Positions 19,838 to 29,630 of a stretch of DNA of 64,000 nt are shown here, one piece after another. The notes beneath the pieces were generated by a model. It searched no databases. It had not been told where the DNA came from and saw only the letters and a program-made list of their open reading frames with translations. Both the position numbers and the translations under genes were made by a program. The stretch comes from Candidatus Omnitrophota bacterium (GTDB lineage: Bacteria; Omnitrophota; Gorgyraeia; VGKH01): assembly GCA_022703055.1 (NCBI GenBank), contig JAKLEP010000003.1, positions 214,238 to 278,237 of the forward strand. Reading direction: 5' to 3'. The stretch's first letter is position 1, and the number at the start of each line of letters is the position of its first letter.

Positions 19838-21598
19838 TCACCTCTTGATTAAACAATTATATTCTTGGATTAATTGATTAAGCCTGTCTTTATTGCCCTG
19901 TGTTTCTGCTATTTTTATTTCACCGCGAAGCTGATTGCGTTTCTCTTTAATATTTTCCTGTTTTATACGGTTGACACAGTCATCAAATGCTTTTTGTTTA
20001 TCGATTTCGCGGCATTCCTCCGACAAACAAAGGTGCGTAAGAGTATCACATATCTCCTGGTCATCAAAATTATTCATTAGTCTGCTTACTTCGATTTTCT
20101 TGCCTTGTGAATTAAGGTCTAACATCGAACAAACTATCTTTTTAATATGAGGATCCTGAAAATCAGACACTTCCAGTCTTTCCCTGAGCTGAGATATCAA
20201 ATCTTCCTGCTCGAGCATGAGTTTTACCACCATCTTCTCGACCGCTTTAGCATTAAAAGTTTTACTGTCCGATGAAATACTTTCATAATCTATCGAAGAC
20301 ATGCCGTCTTTAACCTTGCTTAATTCTTTTAAAAGTGTATCCTCCCTGACTGAAAGGATGTCGGAAAGTTTCTTTAAATAACTTTCCTTGATAACTTCAT
20401 TCTTGATTCTGCTGATAGTAGAAAGCATCTCCCCGGCAATCTTAGCTTTACCTTGCGCTTTACGCATATCGTATTTATTCTTAAGCAAATTTAATTTATA
20501 ATCGAAAAGATCTACGGATTCATTTATCAATTCCTTTAATTTATCTACGCCTTTTTCGCGTACAAAAGAATCAGGATCAAAACCTTTGGGTAAAGTAACT
20601 AGTTTCACATTCATATCCTGCGACAAAAATAAATCTAAGCTGCGAAGGGTCGCTAGCTCTCCGGCCAAATCGGGATCAAAAAGTATAACTGCGTTTTGTG
20701 TGTATCGTTTTAATATCCTTATCTGTTCGATGGTCAAGGCCGTGCCTAAAGAAGCGACGATATTCCGAATCCCTGCCTGATAAGGAATAATAAAATCCAG
20801 ATAACCTTCGACGACTACAACCGCATCCTGCTTTCTGATTTCATCCTTGGTAAAATTAAGCCCGTATAAATTCTTGCCTTTAACATAAATTGGGGTCTCT
20901 GGAGAATTAATATATTTCGGCAGAGTATCTTTTGTCACTCTTGCCCCAAAAGCAACGATCCTATCCTTTATATCAAAAATCGGAAATATGATTCTATCTC
21001 TAAACCTATCGTAATAACCGCTTGCGTCATCGCGGCTAGATACTAATCCTGATTTATCAATGAGGCTTAAGCTAAAATTCTTGCCCCGCAGATAATTAAG
21101 CAGCGTATCCCATTTATCGGGAGCAAATCCCAACTTAAATTTCTTTGCCGTCTCGGGAGTAATCCCCCGCTTCTCCAGATATACCCTGATGCTGCCTACT
21201 TCTTTAGAATTAAAAAGTATATCGTGGTAAAATTTGCCGGCTAGTTCATTAATAGTAAAAAGCTTCTCGGTTACGCCTGCATTTTTTTCTGGCGCCTCGG
21301 TCTTGGGAATGGCGATGCCGACTTTTTTTGCCAGCATCTCCACTGCTTCGGGGAACTCCATCCTTTCGTATTTCATAAGAAAGCTAAAGACATTTCCTCC
21401 TGCCCCGCAACCAAAACAATGGTATATCTGCCGGTCAGGGCTCACCATAAAGGAAGGCGTCTTCTCATGATGAAAAGGACACAGGGCCCTAAAATTCCTT
21501 CCCGCGCGTTTTAAGGGAATATAACCAGAGATAATCTCAGCAATATCATTGGCATCAAGGATACGATCAATTATCTCTTGAGGGATAAGACCTGGCAT
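19838..21598 (-). CDS. dnaG: DNA primase
   Basis: 586 aa; zinc-finger CPFH.E.TPSF.V......YHCFGCG, TOPRIM block VVVEGY.D; classical dnaG-rpoD pair. Confidence 0.9.
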   Translation of the reverse strand: MPGLIPQEIIDRILDANDIAEIISGYIPLKRAGRNFRALCPFHHEKTPSFMVSPDRQIYHCFGCGAGGNVFSFLMKYERMEFPEAVEMLAKKVGIAIPKTEAPEKNAGVTEKLFTINELAGKFYHDILFNSKEVGSIRVYLEKRGITPETAKKFKLGFAPDKWDTLLNYLRGKNFSLSLIDKSGLVSSRDDASGYYDRFRDRIIFPIFDIKDRIVAFGARVTKDTLPKYINSPETPIYVKGKNLYGLNFTKDEIRKQDAVVVVEGYLDFIIPYQAGIRNIVASLGTALTIEQIRILKRYTQNAVILFDPDLAGELATLRSLDLFLSQDMNVKLVTLPKGFDPDSFVREKGVDKLKELINESVDLFDYKLNLLKNKYDMRKAQGKAKIAGEMLSTISRIKNEVIKESYLKKLSDILSVREDTLLKELSKVKDGMSSIDYESISSDSKTFNAKAVEKMVVKLMLEQEDLISQLRERLEVSDFQDPHIKKIVCSMLDLNSQGKKIEVSRLMNNFDDQEICDTLTHLCLSEECREIDKQKAFDDCVNRIKQENIKEKRNQLRGEIKIAETQGNKDRLNQLIQEYNCLIKR

Positions 21599-22552
21599 TT
21601 ACCTGGTTAGCCTCCTGAAACCCGAACAGCTTAAAATCTCGAACTTATCTTTCTTCTCTAATTTATCCAAAAGTAAATTTAAACCTATTGTATCCGAAGA
21701 AATATGGCCAGCAATTACGACGTTTATGTGCTCCGGCTTTACTCTTTTAAAATGTTCTTCCGACAGATGCATGCCAACAATGGTATTCACTCCGAGCTGA
21801 GATAATCTGCCAAATATCTCTTTTGAGCCTTCTGTACCGCCGGTCATCTCCAAAGAAACCTTACCGACTTTATCTTCGGGTTTACCGATGATAATTTTCG
21901 GGCCAGCTTTATCTTTTGCAGCTAAACGATATTCAGGAATTTGCCTTAGCACCTTAACTAAATCTTTTAAAGTCTGCGGCTTCCTCCTCTGGATATATTC
22001 ATTTAGATATTTATTAACATGATTATCTGCTACAGTATGAGCGCACATAAAAGCAATATCAAGCATCCTGGCTGCGTCTACCGGTCTATTATGATTAGAG
22101 GCAGAAACATTTCTTTCAACTTCCTGCATACGCTCGCCTAAAAATCCTCGGGCAATTTCAATATCCATGCCGAGTTTGGCCAGCATATCTGCCTGCATGC
22201 CCATTACATCATAGAAACCAGCTAAGGCCACTCCGCGAGGATGATGAGAAATAACTAAATCGATTTTTTTACCTCCGGAAGATAGCCTGTCGGCCAATAA
22301 TATTTCGGGCACATCGATATCGATCCCGATTAAAATCGTTTCTATCTCCCTCTCAGGCTCTCCATAAAGAATTCGCGTATCTGCGTAAGGATTTCCAAGG
22401 TTCTCTAAATCGAAATCATTTCTTTCTTCTTTATTTAAACTATTAAAATATTTTCTTTGTTTTTTAAGGTGCTCTTGTATCGCATTTTTACTGCGAAGAT
22501 CGCTAGCAATGCCCTCTTTGACAAATAATTTATAAATTTCGCCTAATTTCAA
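21599..22552 (-). CDS. NIF3-family (DUF34/YbgI-like) metal-centre protein, tentative
   Basis: 317 aa; DLVISHHP, CAHT.AD and AGHISSD His/Asp-rich blocks resemble the dinuclear-metal ligands of NIF3 proteins. Assignment from motif memory only. Confidence 0.45.
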   Translation of the reverse strand: MKLGEIYKLFVKEGIASDLRSKNAIQEHLKKQRKYFNSLNKEERNDFDLENLGNPYADTRILYGEPEREIETILIGIDIDVPEILLADRLSSGGKKIDLVISHHPRGVALAGFYDVMGMQADMLAKLGMDIEIARGFLGERMQEVERNVSASNHNRPVDAARMLDIAFMCAHTVADNHVNKYLNEYIQRRKPQTLKDLVKVLRQIPEYRLAAKDKAGPKIIIGKPEDKVGKVSLEMTGGTEGSKEIFGRLSQLGVNTIVGMHLSEEHFKRVKPEHINVVIAGHISSDTIGLNLLLDKLEKKDKFEILSCSGFRRLTR

Positions 22553-22595
22553 ATTAACCTCCTCTTAGAAATTAAAATTTGAAGACTAAAGATTA

Positions 22596-23162
22596 CTACT
22601 GTTTCTTCTCTATTGCTTTAAATATTGAAGAGTTAATCTCCTCAGTGGGTGAGAATTTGGAGTAGATGTTATCAAACATAAAAGCGTATGCCTTAGGAGC
22701 TAGATCCAGAAAATATCTACTTGAAAAAGAACGCTGCGCCGATTGCTGAAGATATCCTATAGTCGATATTAAAAGCGCAACTATTATTATGCTTGAAAGA
22801 TATACTGCCCTGATTACCCCTAACACAACACTTCCCCACTTATCCAAAACTGCCAGGGGTTGCATCTTTATCACAAAGAGAAATGCATCTCTACTAAACT
22901 TAAAAAGAACTAAAATCAATGCTATTAGAGCAACAAAGCTTATAAAACTGGTAAAATCGATGGGTATTGGACTGTGGGAGCTCATAAATTGAGCTAGGCT
23001 GCTATAAGAATGAAAAGCAATAAAGATAGAAAATATTGTCCCCAGAAGCTGAAATATTTCAATGACAAAACCATGCTTATAAGAAATAAGGATTACTCTT
23101 ATAAGGACGATAAATACAAAAACATCTACCCAATTTAACTGATTAACCAGCTCTTTTTCCAT
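22596..23162 (-). CDS. cvpA: CvpA-family membrane protein
   Basis: 188 aa; N-terminus NWVDVFVFIVL....SYK.GF..E, four TM helices, as in colicin V production protein CvpA. Confidence 0.55.
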   Translation of the reverse strand: MEKELVNQLNWVDVFVFIVLIRVILISYKHGFVIEIFQLLGTIFSIFIAFHSYSSLAQFMSSHSPIPIDFTSFISFVALIALILVLFKFSRDAFLFVIKMQPLAVLDKWGSVVLGVIRAVYLSSIIIVALLISTIGYLQQSAQRSFSSRYFLDLAPKAYAFMFDNIYSKFSPTEEINSSIFKAIEKKQ

Positions 23163-23183
23163 AAGTCCTTAAAATTTCAATAA

Positions 23184-23212
23184 AGTATAACATACCAATA
23201 TGTATATGTCAA
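23184..23212 (-). promoter_or_regulatory. candidate sigma-70 promoter of cvpA-nif3-dnaG-rpoD
   Basis: Minus strand TTGACA (23212-23207), 17-nt spacer, TATACT (23189-23184), 21 nt before the cvpA ATG. Confidence 0.5.
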
Positions 23213-23316
23213 GAAAGCGCTTCCTTTAAATTTATTTTCCTATTTTATACAACATTATGTATTATAAGAAGTTATGGTAACTTATTTTTGAAGTCATATA
23301 AAATCTTGCCTGAAGC

Positions 23317-23345
23317 TTGACATTTGAACTAAAAGATGCTACATT
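23317..23345 (+). promoter_or_regulatory. candidate sigma-70 promoter of the GAF-GGDEF gene
   Basis: TTGACA (23317-23322), 17-nt spacer, TACATT (23340-23345); AGGTG SD at 23351-23355. Confidence 0.4.
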
Positions 23346-23366
23346 TTTGCATAGGTGTTATCTGAT

Positions 23367-24533
23367 ATGACTGAAATAGACAAAATAAAACAGGAATTGG
23401 ACCGCGCACGGGCAGAAATGTCTATGCTTTATGAAATAAGCAACGCCATGAGGACAACTCTAAAGCTAGATGAAGTCCTCTATATTATCCTGACTGCCGT
23501 TACTGCCCACGCCGGATTAGGTTTTAACCGAGCGATGCTATTTCTTATCAATGAAAAAGAAAATATTATTGAAGGCAAAATGGGAATCGGTCCTGATACC
23601 GGCGAAGAAGCAAATCGTATTTGGAGGAATATCGAAGACCAAAAAATGGACTTCGATGACCTCACCAATGCTTATCGGGCCTCTGGGAAAATGATTGATT
23701 CGGAATTCAACAGAATAGTCCGCAGAATAAAGTTTAATTTAAGCGACACTGAAAACCTGCTTACCATGGCGGCAAAAGATGGGATGCCCCTGCATGTAAA
23801 CCAGGACACTATCGAAAGGTATAACCATGATCCTCTGTTAAAAATATTGAATACAAACGAATTAGCAATTGTCCCTTTGAAAGCAAAAGATAAAATTAAT
23901 GGAGTGATTCTGGCTGATAACAAATTTACCGGCAAACCAATAACTAATGAAGACTTAAGAATCTTTATTATGCTCTCTAACCAGGCGGGGTTGGCAATCG
24001 AAAACTCGCATCTTTACGAACAGACAGTTATTCTAAGCAATACTGATGCTTTGACAGGATTATGGAACCACGGATATTTCCAATTGATGCTGCAAGAGGA
24101 GATTGATAGATCCAAAGCATTAAATATGCCATTGAGTCTTATGTTAATAGATATTGACCATTTCAAAAATTACAACGACCACCTGGGCCACCAAAAAGGT
24201 GACTATATATTGACTGAAATATCAAAACTGCTGCTTGGCTATTCTCGAAAAATGGATTATGTTTGCCGTTACGGTGGGGAAGAATTTGCTGTCATCCTCC
24301 CCCAGACAAATAAGGACGGAGCATATTTAATTGCAGAAAGACTCAGAGAATTAATCGATCAGCATAAGTTTGCTGAGGAACAAATCCAGCCAACTAATAA
24401 ACTAACCGTAAGTATAGGACTATCTTGTTTTCCTACCGATGCAGCAACTAAATCTGAGTTAATATTGGCTGCGGATAAAGCATTATACGAAGCTAAAAAT
24501 TCCGGTAGAAATAAAACCTGTAAAACTCCCTAA
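23367..24533 (+). CDS. GAF domain-containing diguanylate cyclase (GGDEF)
   Basis: Only plus-strand gene. ATG 23367 preferred over the track GTG 23355 (SD spacing). C-terminal GGDEF domain with intact RYGGEEF active site; N-terminal ~200 aa GAF-like. Confidence 0.85.
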   Translation: MTEIDKIKQELDRARAEMSMLYEISNAMRTTLKLDEVLYIILTAVTAHAGLGFNRAMLFLINEKENIIEGKMGIGPDTGEEANRIWRNIEDQKMDFDDLTNAYRASGKMIDSEFNRIVRRIKFNLSDTENLLTMAAKDGMPLHVNQDTIERYNHDPLLKILNTNELAIVPLKAKDKINGVILADNKFTGKPITNEDLRIFIMLSNQAGLAIENSHLYEQTVILSNTDALTGLWNHGYFQLMLQEEIDRSKALNMPLSLMLIDIDHFKNYNDHLGHQKGDYILTEISKLLLGYSRKMDYVCRYGGEEFAVILPQTNKDGAYLIAERLRELIDQHKFAEEQIQPTNKLTVSIGLSCFPTDAATKSELILAADKALYEAKNSGRNKTCKTP

Positions 24534-24535
24534 CT

Positions 24536-27500
24536 TTAGGCAGCTACTGGCACCTGCTCTATTTGTTCTTCTTTATCCTTCGCAAATTTAACCGATACAA
24601 TCCTAGAAACTCCAGTTTCCTGCATGGTTATTCCGTACATAATGTCGGCGTTTACGATTGTCTTTTTGTTATGAGTTACGACGATAAATTGCGAAGTCTT
24701 CGTAAAATCCCTTAGCAATTGAGAAAACCTGCCAACATTCGACTCATCCATCGGCGCATCTATTTCATCAAGGATGCAGAATGGGCTGGGCTTTATCTTA
24801 AATACTCCGAATATAAGTGCGACGGCAGTCAACGCCTTCTCGCCACCGGAAAGAAGGCTGATACTCTGCAGCTTCTTTCCTGGAGGCCTAGCGATAATCT
24901 CAATACCAGATTCAAGCACATTGTGAGGATCAATCAAGATCAATTGCGCATCACCACCGCCAAAAAGCATTCTAAAATAGTTTTTGAATTCTTTGGTCAC
25001 GCTTTCAAAGGTCTCGGTAAAAAGATTACGGGCGGTTCGGTTAATCTTATTAATCGTCTCGCTCAAATCCTCTTTTGAGGCCAATAAATCATTTTGCTGC
25101 TTGGTCAAGAATTCAAATCTCTGCTTTAATTCTTCGTACTCTTCGATAGCTACCAAGTTTACTGTTCCAAATCTATCAAGCCTTGCCTTGGATTCGTTAA
25201 TCTGCCTATTGATCTCATCGAGATTTCCATCATGCGGCAATTCCACATCGACCTCGTCCATATTGACTTTATGGGCCTGCATCAATCTTTCCTTTATACT
25301 GTTCCTCTTAAACGATGTCTCCTGCTCCTTCATGAGAAAATCATGGAACTGCTGTCTTTCCTTTTCTAGATCCTGGCTGAATTTCTTTAAATCATTTTCC
25401 TGATTTTCAATTGTCGCTATAAGGTCCTTGCTCCCCTTTTTGATTTCCAGGAGTTCTTTTTCGATATCTTCTTTCTGGGTTACTGCCGTCTGGATTTCCT
25501 TCTCTAAACTGATTATCTGGTTATTCAGCTCTTCGGATTTTTTGGTTGAGCTCTGCTTTTCCTGTTCCACTGAAGAAAGATCTTCCTCGCTTTTACGAAA
25601 GGCCTCGTTCATCATCTTTAAGGTATCGTTCTGTGTCCTCTCTTTATCGGACAATGAGGCAAGCTCCGTTTCCAGCTGAGCAATTTCAACCGAAACCGAT
25701 TCCCGTTCTTTGGTTTTATTAGCGATTAAATGCTGACTTGCTTCGATTGAGCTCTCTAGAGAACGCCTATCGTCTTCGATTTTGGTGGTTTGCTGAGCTA
25801 AATTTTCCTCTTTAGCTTTAACCTGCTGCAGATCCGAGCTGGTCTCGTTAAGTTCGCTTGCGACCAAATCGAGCTCTTCCTGTAGTTTATTAACTTCGCT
25901 AGTAACCGAATCTTTTTGCGTCTGTACTCTGGATAAAATAATCTCTTCTTTTCGAAACTCTTCCTCGAGTTCCTCGACGAAGGCTTCCTTATTCTGGACA
26001 TCGCTTGTAATAACTTTCTCATGCTCCTCTTTAACCTTGATCTGATGCGCAAGTTCATTTATCTTATCGTCAATCTGCTGAAGGTCTAAAGAGATAAACT
26101 TTGTCTCGCACTGGATACGGTAAAAATCAGCCATCTCGCTGTCTTTAAAGTGTTCTTTGATAATATTTTTTGTTTTGTCATCGAGTTCACAGATCCCTTT
26201 GATTTTCCCTAAGAACGCACCAGTTGAATCGCTGGGCTTGTGTTCGCTTAAAACAATCGATTTTCCCGCGCTAGGCATATCTTCATATTTTAACCTTAGC
26301 TTCTCAATAAATTCTCTCTGCGAAGAAAGGGCAAGCTTTTCATTGCTTAATTTAACGATATCATTCTTTGTTTGCTCAATCTCCTTCTTCAGAGCCTCCC
26401 TCTCGGTTTCCGCTTCTTCCCTACGCGATTTTATATGCTGTAATTTAAGATACACCCCATTATACTGTTCGCTGAGACTGTTTAACTTATCATCCACTAT
26501 CTGTTTTTCACCAGTAACTTTTTCTCTTTCTAAATCCAGCCTCTTTTTCCTGGCCAATAAACCATGCAGCTGCGAAGTCACTTCGTTTAGCTCATTTTTG
26601 AGAGTTGCCTGCATGTGGCTCAATTCCAAGATGTCCATCTTAGCTCTAGCTATTGCCTCCTGCGCTTCCTTGATAATCTCAGCCAGCTTGTGAAGATATT
26701 CCTTCTTTTGCTTTATCTGCGAAGTATTATTCTGCTCAATATCTTTTAAGGCCAGAATTTCTCTTTCTATTTTGGCAATCTTTTCTTTCTCTTGAGCTAT
26801 AATGCGATTAAGGTATTCTTTCTGCTGATTTAATCTATTCTTTCTCTGGCCTTCCTCTTGAATACGCTCGCGGTTCAATTCTATAAGTTCATTATTGCGT
26901 GATATGTTATTATTCAAATTCAGCGTATTCTCATTTAATTTATTAATTTTCTCCTGAGAGTCCTTAAAACCGGCTTTGGTATCTTCCAATATTTTTGTAG
27001 CCTCGTCTATTTTATTGGCGATATGAGATTGCTGGTCTTTCGAATATTCTATCTTGGCGTCTAGCTCTTCTTTTTCTTTTTCAACCTGCCCGATCTGAAA
27101 CTTGGCCATTTTAATCTCAAGATCGCGGAGCTTTTCCGATTCTTCCTTATATTGCTGTGCTTTTTTTGCCTGGCGCTCAATCGAGCCTATCTGGCGTTTT
27201 ACTTCAGTTATAATGTCATTTAGGCGAAGAAGATTATTCTCGGTATCCTCAAGCTTGTTCATCGCCTCTTTTTTCTTGGCCTTATATTTTGTGATGCCTG
27301 CTGCCTCGTCAAAAATCAATCTTCGATCTTCCGGCTTGGAGCTGATAATTAAATCAATCTTACCCTGCTCTACCATCGAATATGATTCCGCGGTAATGCC
27401 CGTCCCCATAAATAGCTCATTGATATCTTTTAGACGCACAGCTGATTTGTTAATTAAATACTCGCTCTCTCCAGAGCGAAACAATCTACGGGTTATCACT

Positions 27501-27793
27501 ACTTCATCTTCTTCTATGGGGAGAAATTTTTCTTTATTAGAAAATGTAAGCGATGCTTCGGCAAAACCGAGGGCGGTTTTGGTATCTGTCCCGTTAAATA
27601 TCACATCCTCCATCTTTGAGCCGCGCAGGCTCTTTATGCTCTGCTCGCCCAGTGTCCAACGGATAGCATCAAATATATTGCTTTTCCCGCATCCGTTAGG
27701 ACCCACAACCGCAGTGATGCCCGGCTCAAAATGCAGAGTTGTTTTATCAGCGAAAGATTTAAACCCTACCATATCTAACTTTTTTAGATACAT
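24536..27793 (-). CDS. smc: chromosome partition protein SMC
   Basis: 1085 aa; Walker A GPNGCGKSN, long coiled coils, signature LSGGEK and Walker B ILDEIDAPMD. Confidence 0.9.
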   Translation of the reverse strand: MYLKKLDMVGFKSFADKTTLHFEPGITAVVGPNGCGKSNIFDAIRWTLGEQSIKSLRGSKMEDVIFNGTDTKTALGFAEASLTFSNKEKFLPIEEDEVVITRRLFRSGESEYLINKSAVRLKDINELFMGTGITAESYSMVEQGKIDLIISSKPEDRRLIFDEAAGITKYKAKKKEAMNKLEDTENNLLRLNDIITEVKRQIGSIERQAKKAQQYKEESEKLRDLEIKMAKFQIGQVEKEKEELDAKIEYSKDQQSHIANKIDEATKILEDTKAGFKDSQEKINKLNENTLNLNNNISRNNELIELNRERIQEEGQRKNRLNQQKEYLNRIIAQEKEKIAKIEREILALKDIEQNNTSQIKQKKEYLHKLAEIIKEAQEAIARAKMDILELSHMQATLKNELNEVTSQLHGLLARKKRLDLEREKVTGEKQIVDDKLNSLSEQYNGVYLKLQHIKSRREEAETEREALKKEIEQTKNDIVKLSNEKLALSSQREFIEKLRLKYEDMPSAGKSIVLSEHKPSDSTGAFLGKIKGICELDDKTKNIIKEHFKDSEMADFYRIQCETKFISLDLQQIDDKINELAHQIKVKEEHEKVITSDVQNKEAFVEELEEEFRKEEIILSRVQTQKDSVTSEVNKLQEELDLVASELNETSSDLQQVKAKEENLAQQTTKIEDDRRSLESSIEASQHLIANKTKERESVSVEIAQLETELASLSDKERTQNDTLKMMNEAFRKSEEDLSSVEQEKQSSTKKSEELNNQIISLEKEIQTAVTQKEDIEKELLEIKKGSKDLIATIENQENDLKKFSQDLEKERQQFHDFLMKEQETSFKRNSIKERLMQAHKVNMDEVDVELPHDGNLDEINRQINESKARLDRFGTVNLVAIEEYEELKQRFEFLTKQQNDLLASKEDLSETINKINRTARNLFTETFESVTKEFKNYFRMLFGGGDAQLILIDPHNVLESGIEIIARPPGKKLQSISLLSGGEKALTAVALIFGVFKIKPSPFCILDEIDAPMDESNVGRFSQLLRDFTKTSQFIVVTHNKKTIVNADIMYGITMQETGVSRIVSVKFAKDKEEQIEQVPVAA

Positions 27794-27835
27794 GCAGCCT
27801 CCCCCTTTGTAGTTTTATAATTTATCATAATGACT

Positions 27836-28093
27836 TTATTTCTTAGAAACGATTTCTTTTATTAACGAGACGGTTTGATCCAATGTTGTAAACTTAGGCA
27901 ACATATCTTCCGGGATGGCGATACGGTATTTCTTCTCTATTGCTGCCATAATCTCAAGCGCCATCATCGAATCCATGCCCAAGTCTTCAACAAACTTGGC
28001 ATCTGATGCAATTTTCTCCGGTTCGGTCTCCAATATCTCTGCTACGATTTTCTTTATCTCTGTTTCAATTTTATCAACTGCTATCTTAGCCAT
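27836..28093 (-). CDS. acyl carrier protein-like (second, orphan ACP)
   Basis: 85 aa; DLGMDSMMALE phosphopantetheine-attachment-type motif; four-helix-length protein; not next to any fab/PKS/NRPS gene. Confidence 0.7.
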   Translation of the reverse strand: MAKIAVDKIETEIKKIVAEILETEPEKIASDAKFVEDLGMDSMMALEIMAAIEKKYRIAIPEDMLPKFTTLDQTVSLIKEIVSKK

Positions 28094-28117
28094 TTCTCCT
28101 CCGTATATTTTTAGCGA

Positions 28118-28294
28118 TCAATGCGATATATCGCTATCAAGCCAAGTATCAATTTTCGTGCGCCTGAATCTCCATTGTCCCACAATCTTAAATGCCGGTA
28201 CCTTACCTTTCTTAAGCCAATCATAAATAGTTCGTTTCTTGACTTTAAGATACTTCGCCAAATCTTCTATGGTCATTAAGTCTTCGCGATACAT
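28118..28294 (-). CDS. helix-turn-helix DNA-binding protein, excisionase/MerR-superfamily (HTH_17-like), 58 aa
   Basis: Below the 60-aa cut-off of the ORF track. Minus-strand translation: MYREDLMTIEDLAKYLKVKKRTIYDWLKKGKVPAFKIVGQWRFRRTKIDTWLDSDISH*. The pattern L..YL.V...TIY.W...G..PA.KIG..WRF....ID.WL is the excisionase-family HTH. Confidence 0.65.
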   Translation of the reverse strand: MYREDLMTIEDLAKYLKVKKRTIYDWLKKGKVPAFKIVGQWRFRRTKIDTWLDSDISH

Positions 28295-28304
28295 GATAGA
28301 TTAC

Positions 28305-28333
28305 ACTTTATTACATTTTTTGACATATGTCAA
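28305..28333 (-). promoter_or_regulatory. candidate promoter plus palindromic operator upstream of the HTH ORF
   Basis: Perfect 14-bp palindrome TTGACATATGTCAA (28320-28333) supplies TTGACA; 17-nt spacer; TAAAGT (28310-28305). The -10 ends 10 nt before the ATG and no SD is present. Confidence 0.35.
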
Positions 28334-28435
28334 CAGTTTTTTTGCAAAATTTTCCAAATTTCTACATATTGTGGCTTATTTGTGCAGAAAATACAAGATA
28401 TTGAATTGGATTTGTGAGGCGATTCGGGTAAGGAA

Positions 28436-29629
28436 TTATTTCTTGAGGACTTCTTTGAACTTTTTAGTTAAAGCGGGGACAACTTCAAAAAGGTCTCCTA
28501 CTATTCCATAGGTTGCTACTTGAAAAATCGGAGCGTGGGGATCGTTGTTTATGGCGACTATAATTTCCGATGATTGCATTCCTACTAAATGCTGAATCTG
28601 ACCTGAGATGCCAATAGCAAAATATATCTTAGGACAAACCGTTCTGCCTGTCTGTCCAACTTGATGCGAATAAGGCATCCAACCTGCATCAACCGCCGCG
28701 CGCGACGAACCGACAGCAGCGCCTAAAGTTTTCGCCAAGTCTTGAACTAAGGAGAAATTCTTGGGCTCGCGCAAGCCTCTTCCGCCTGAAACAATAATAT
28801 CTGCCTCAGCAAGATTTACCGTTGATTCAATTTCCTCGACGATGTCCAACAATTTTGTGCGAGATACCAAAAGACTAGGCTCAACATCTTCCTTTATAAC
28901 TTTTCCTTTGCGGTTTTTATCCGGGGTCAATTCCTTCATAACTTTATGACGGACAGTTGACATCTGCGGACGATGATTAGGCGTGATAATCGTTGCCATA
29001 ATATTTCCTCCGAAAGCCGGGCGGGTCTGCAAAAGAATCTTTTTTTCCAGATCGATATCAAGACCGGTGCAATCGGCGGTTAAGCCGGCATTAATCTTTA
29101 CTGCTACACGGGAAATTAATGACCTGCCAATCGTTGTTGCTCCACATAAGAAAATCTCAGGTTTATATTTTCTGATCAATTTTACCAGGACTTCCGTATA
29201 GGGTTCGCTCTGGTAATTAGCCAACTCCTCTTTATCCACTAAATAAACTATATCTGCTCCGCGGGCAATCAATTCCTTCGCCTGATGTTCCATGTTGTGT
29301 CCCAGCAAAACAGCAGCGACTTCGGTGCCTAATTTTTTGGCCAGTTCTTGGGCCTTACCAAGCAATTCAAACCCAACTGTTTGCAGTTTTCCTTTTTTCT
29401 GCTCGGCGAATACCCATACGCCTTTTGAATCAAAGGAGGTCTTTTTAACCTCTTTCTTCTCAAGTAGAATTGCTTTGAACTTGCAGGCATCAACGCAGGC
29501 TCCGCAAAGATTACATTTATGAAAATCAATTACGGCTTTTTTATCGACAACCTTAATCGCGCCAAAAGGACAGGCCTTAACGCATAAACTGCAACCCGTG
29601 CATTTTTCTATTATTATCGCTATCGACAT
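28436..29629 (-). CDS. etfA: electron transfer flavoprotein alpha subunit with N-terminal 2x[4Fe-4S] ferredoxin domain
   Basis: 397 aa; CTGCSLCVKACP and CNLCGACVDAC cluster motifs in the first 60 aa, then EtfA/FixB body with FAD block (AVGSSRAAVDAGW, GQTG..V.P..Y.A.GISG). Confidence 0.85.
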   Translation of the reverse strand: MSIAIIIEKCTGCSLCVKACPFGAIKVVDKKAVIDFHKCNLCGACVDACKFKAILLEKKEVKKTSFDSKGVWVFAEQKKGKLQTVGFELLGKAQELAKKLGTEVAAVLLGHNMEHQAKELIARGADIVYLVDKEELANYQSEPYTEVLVKLIRKYKPEIFLCGATTIGRSLISRVAVKINAGLTADCTGLDIDLEKKILLQTRPAFGGNIMATIITPNHRPQMSTVRHKVMKELTPDKNRKGKVIKEDVEPSLLVSRTKLLDIVEEIESTVNLAEADIIVSGGRGLREPKNFSLVQDLAKTLGAAVGSSRAAVDAGWMPYSHQVGQTGRTVCPKIYFAIGISGQIQHLVGMQSSEIIVAINNDPHAPIFQVATYGIVGDLFEVVPALTKKFKEVLKK

Positions 29630-29630
29630 C

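Noticed and set aside
24531-24538. Convergent GGDEF gene and smc ending 2 nt apart without a terminator
   Set aside because: This was noted as a possible source of antisense read-through. It is a single tail-to-tail junction with no structure to analyse, so there is not enough for a finding.
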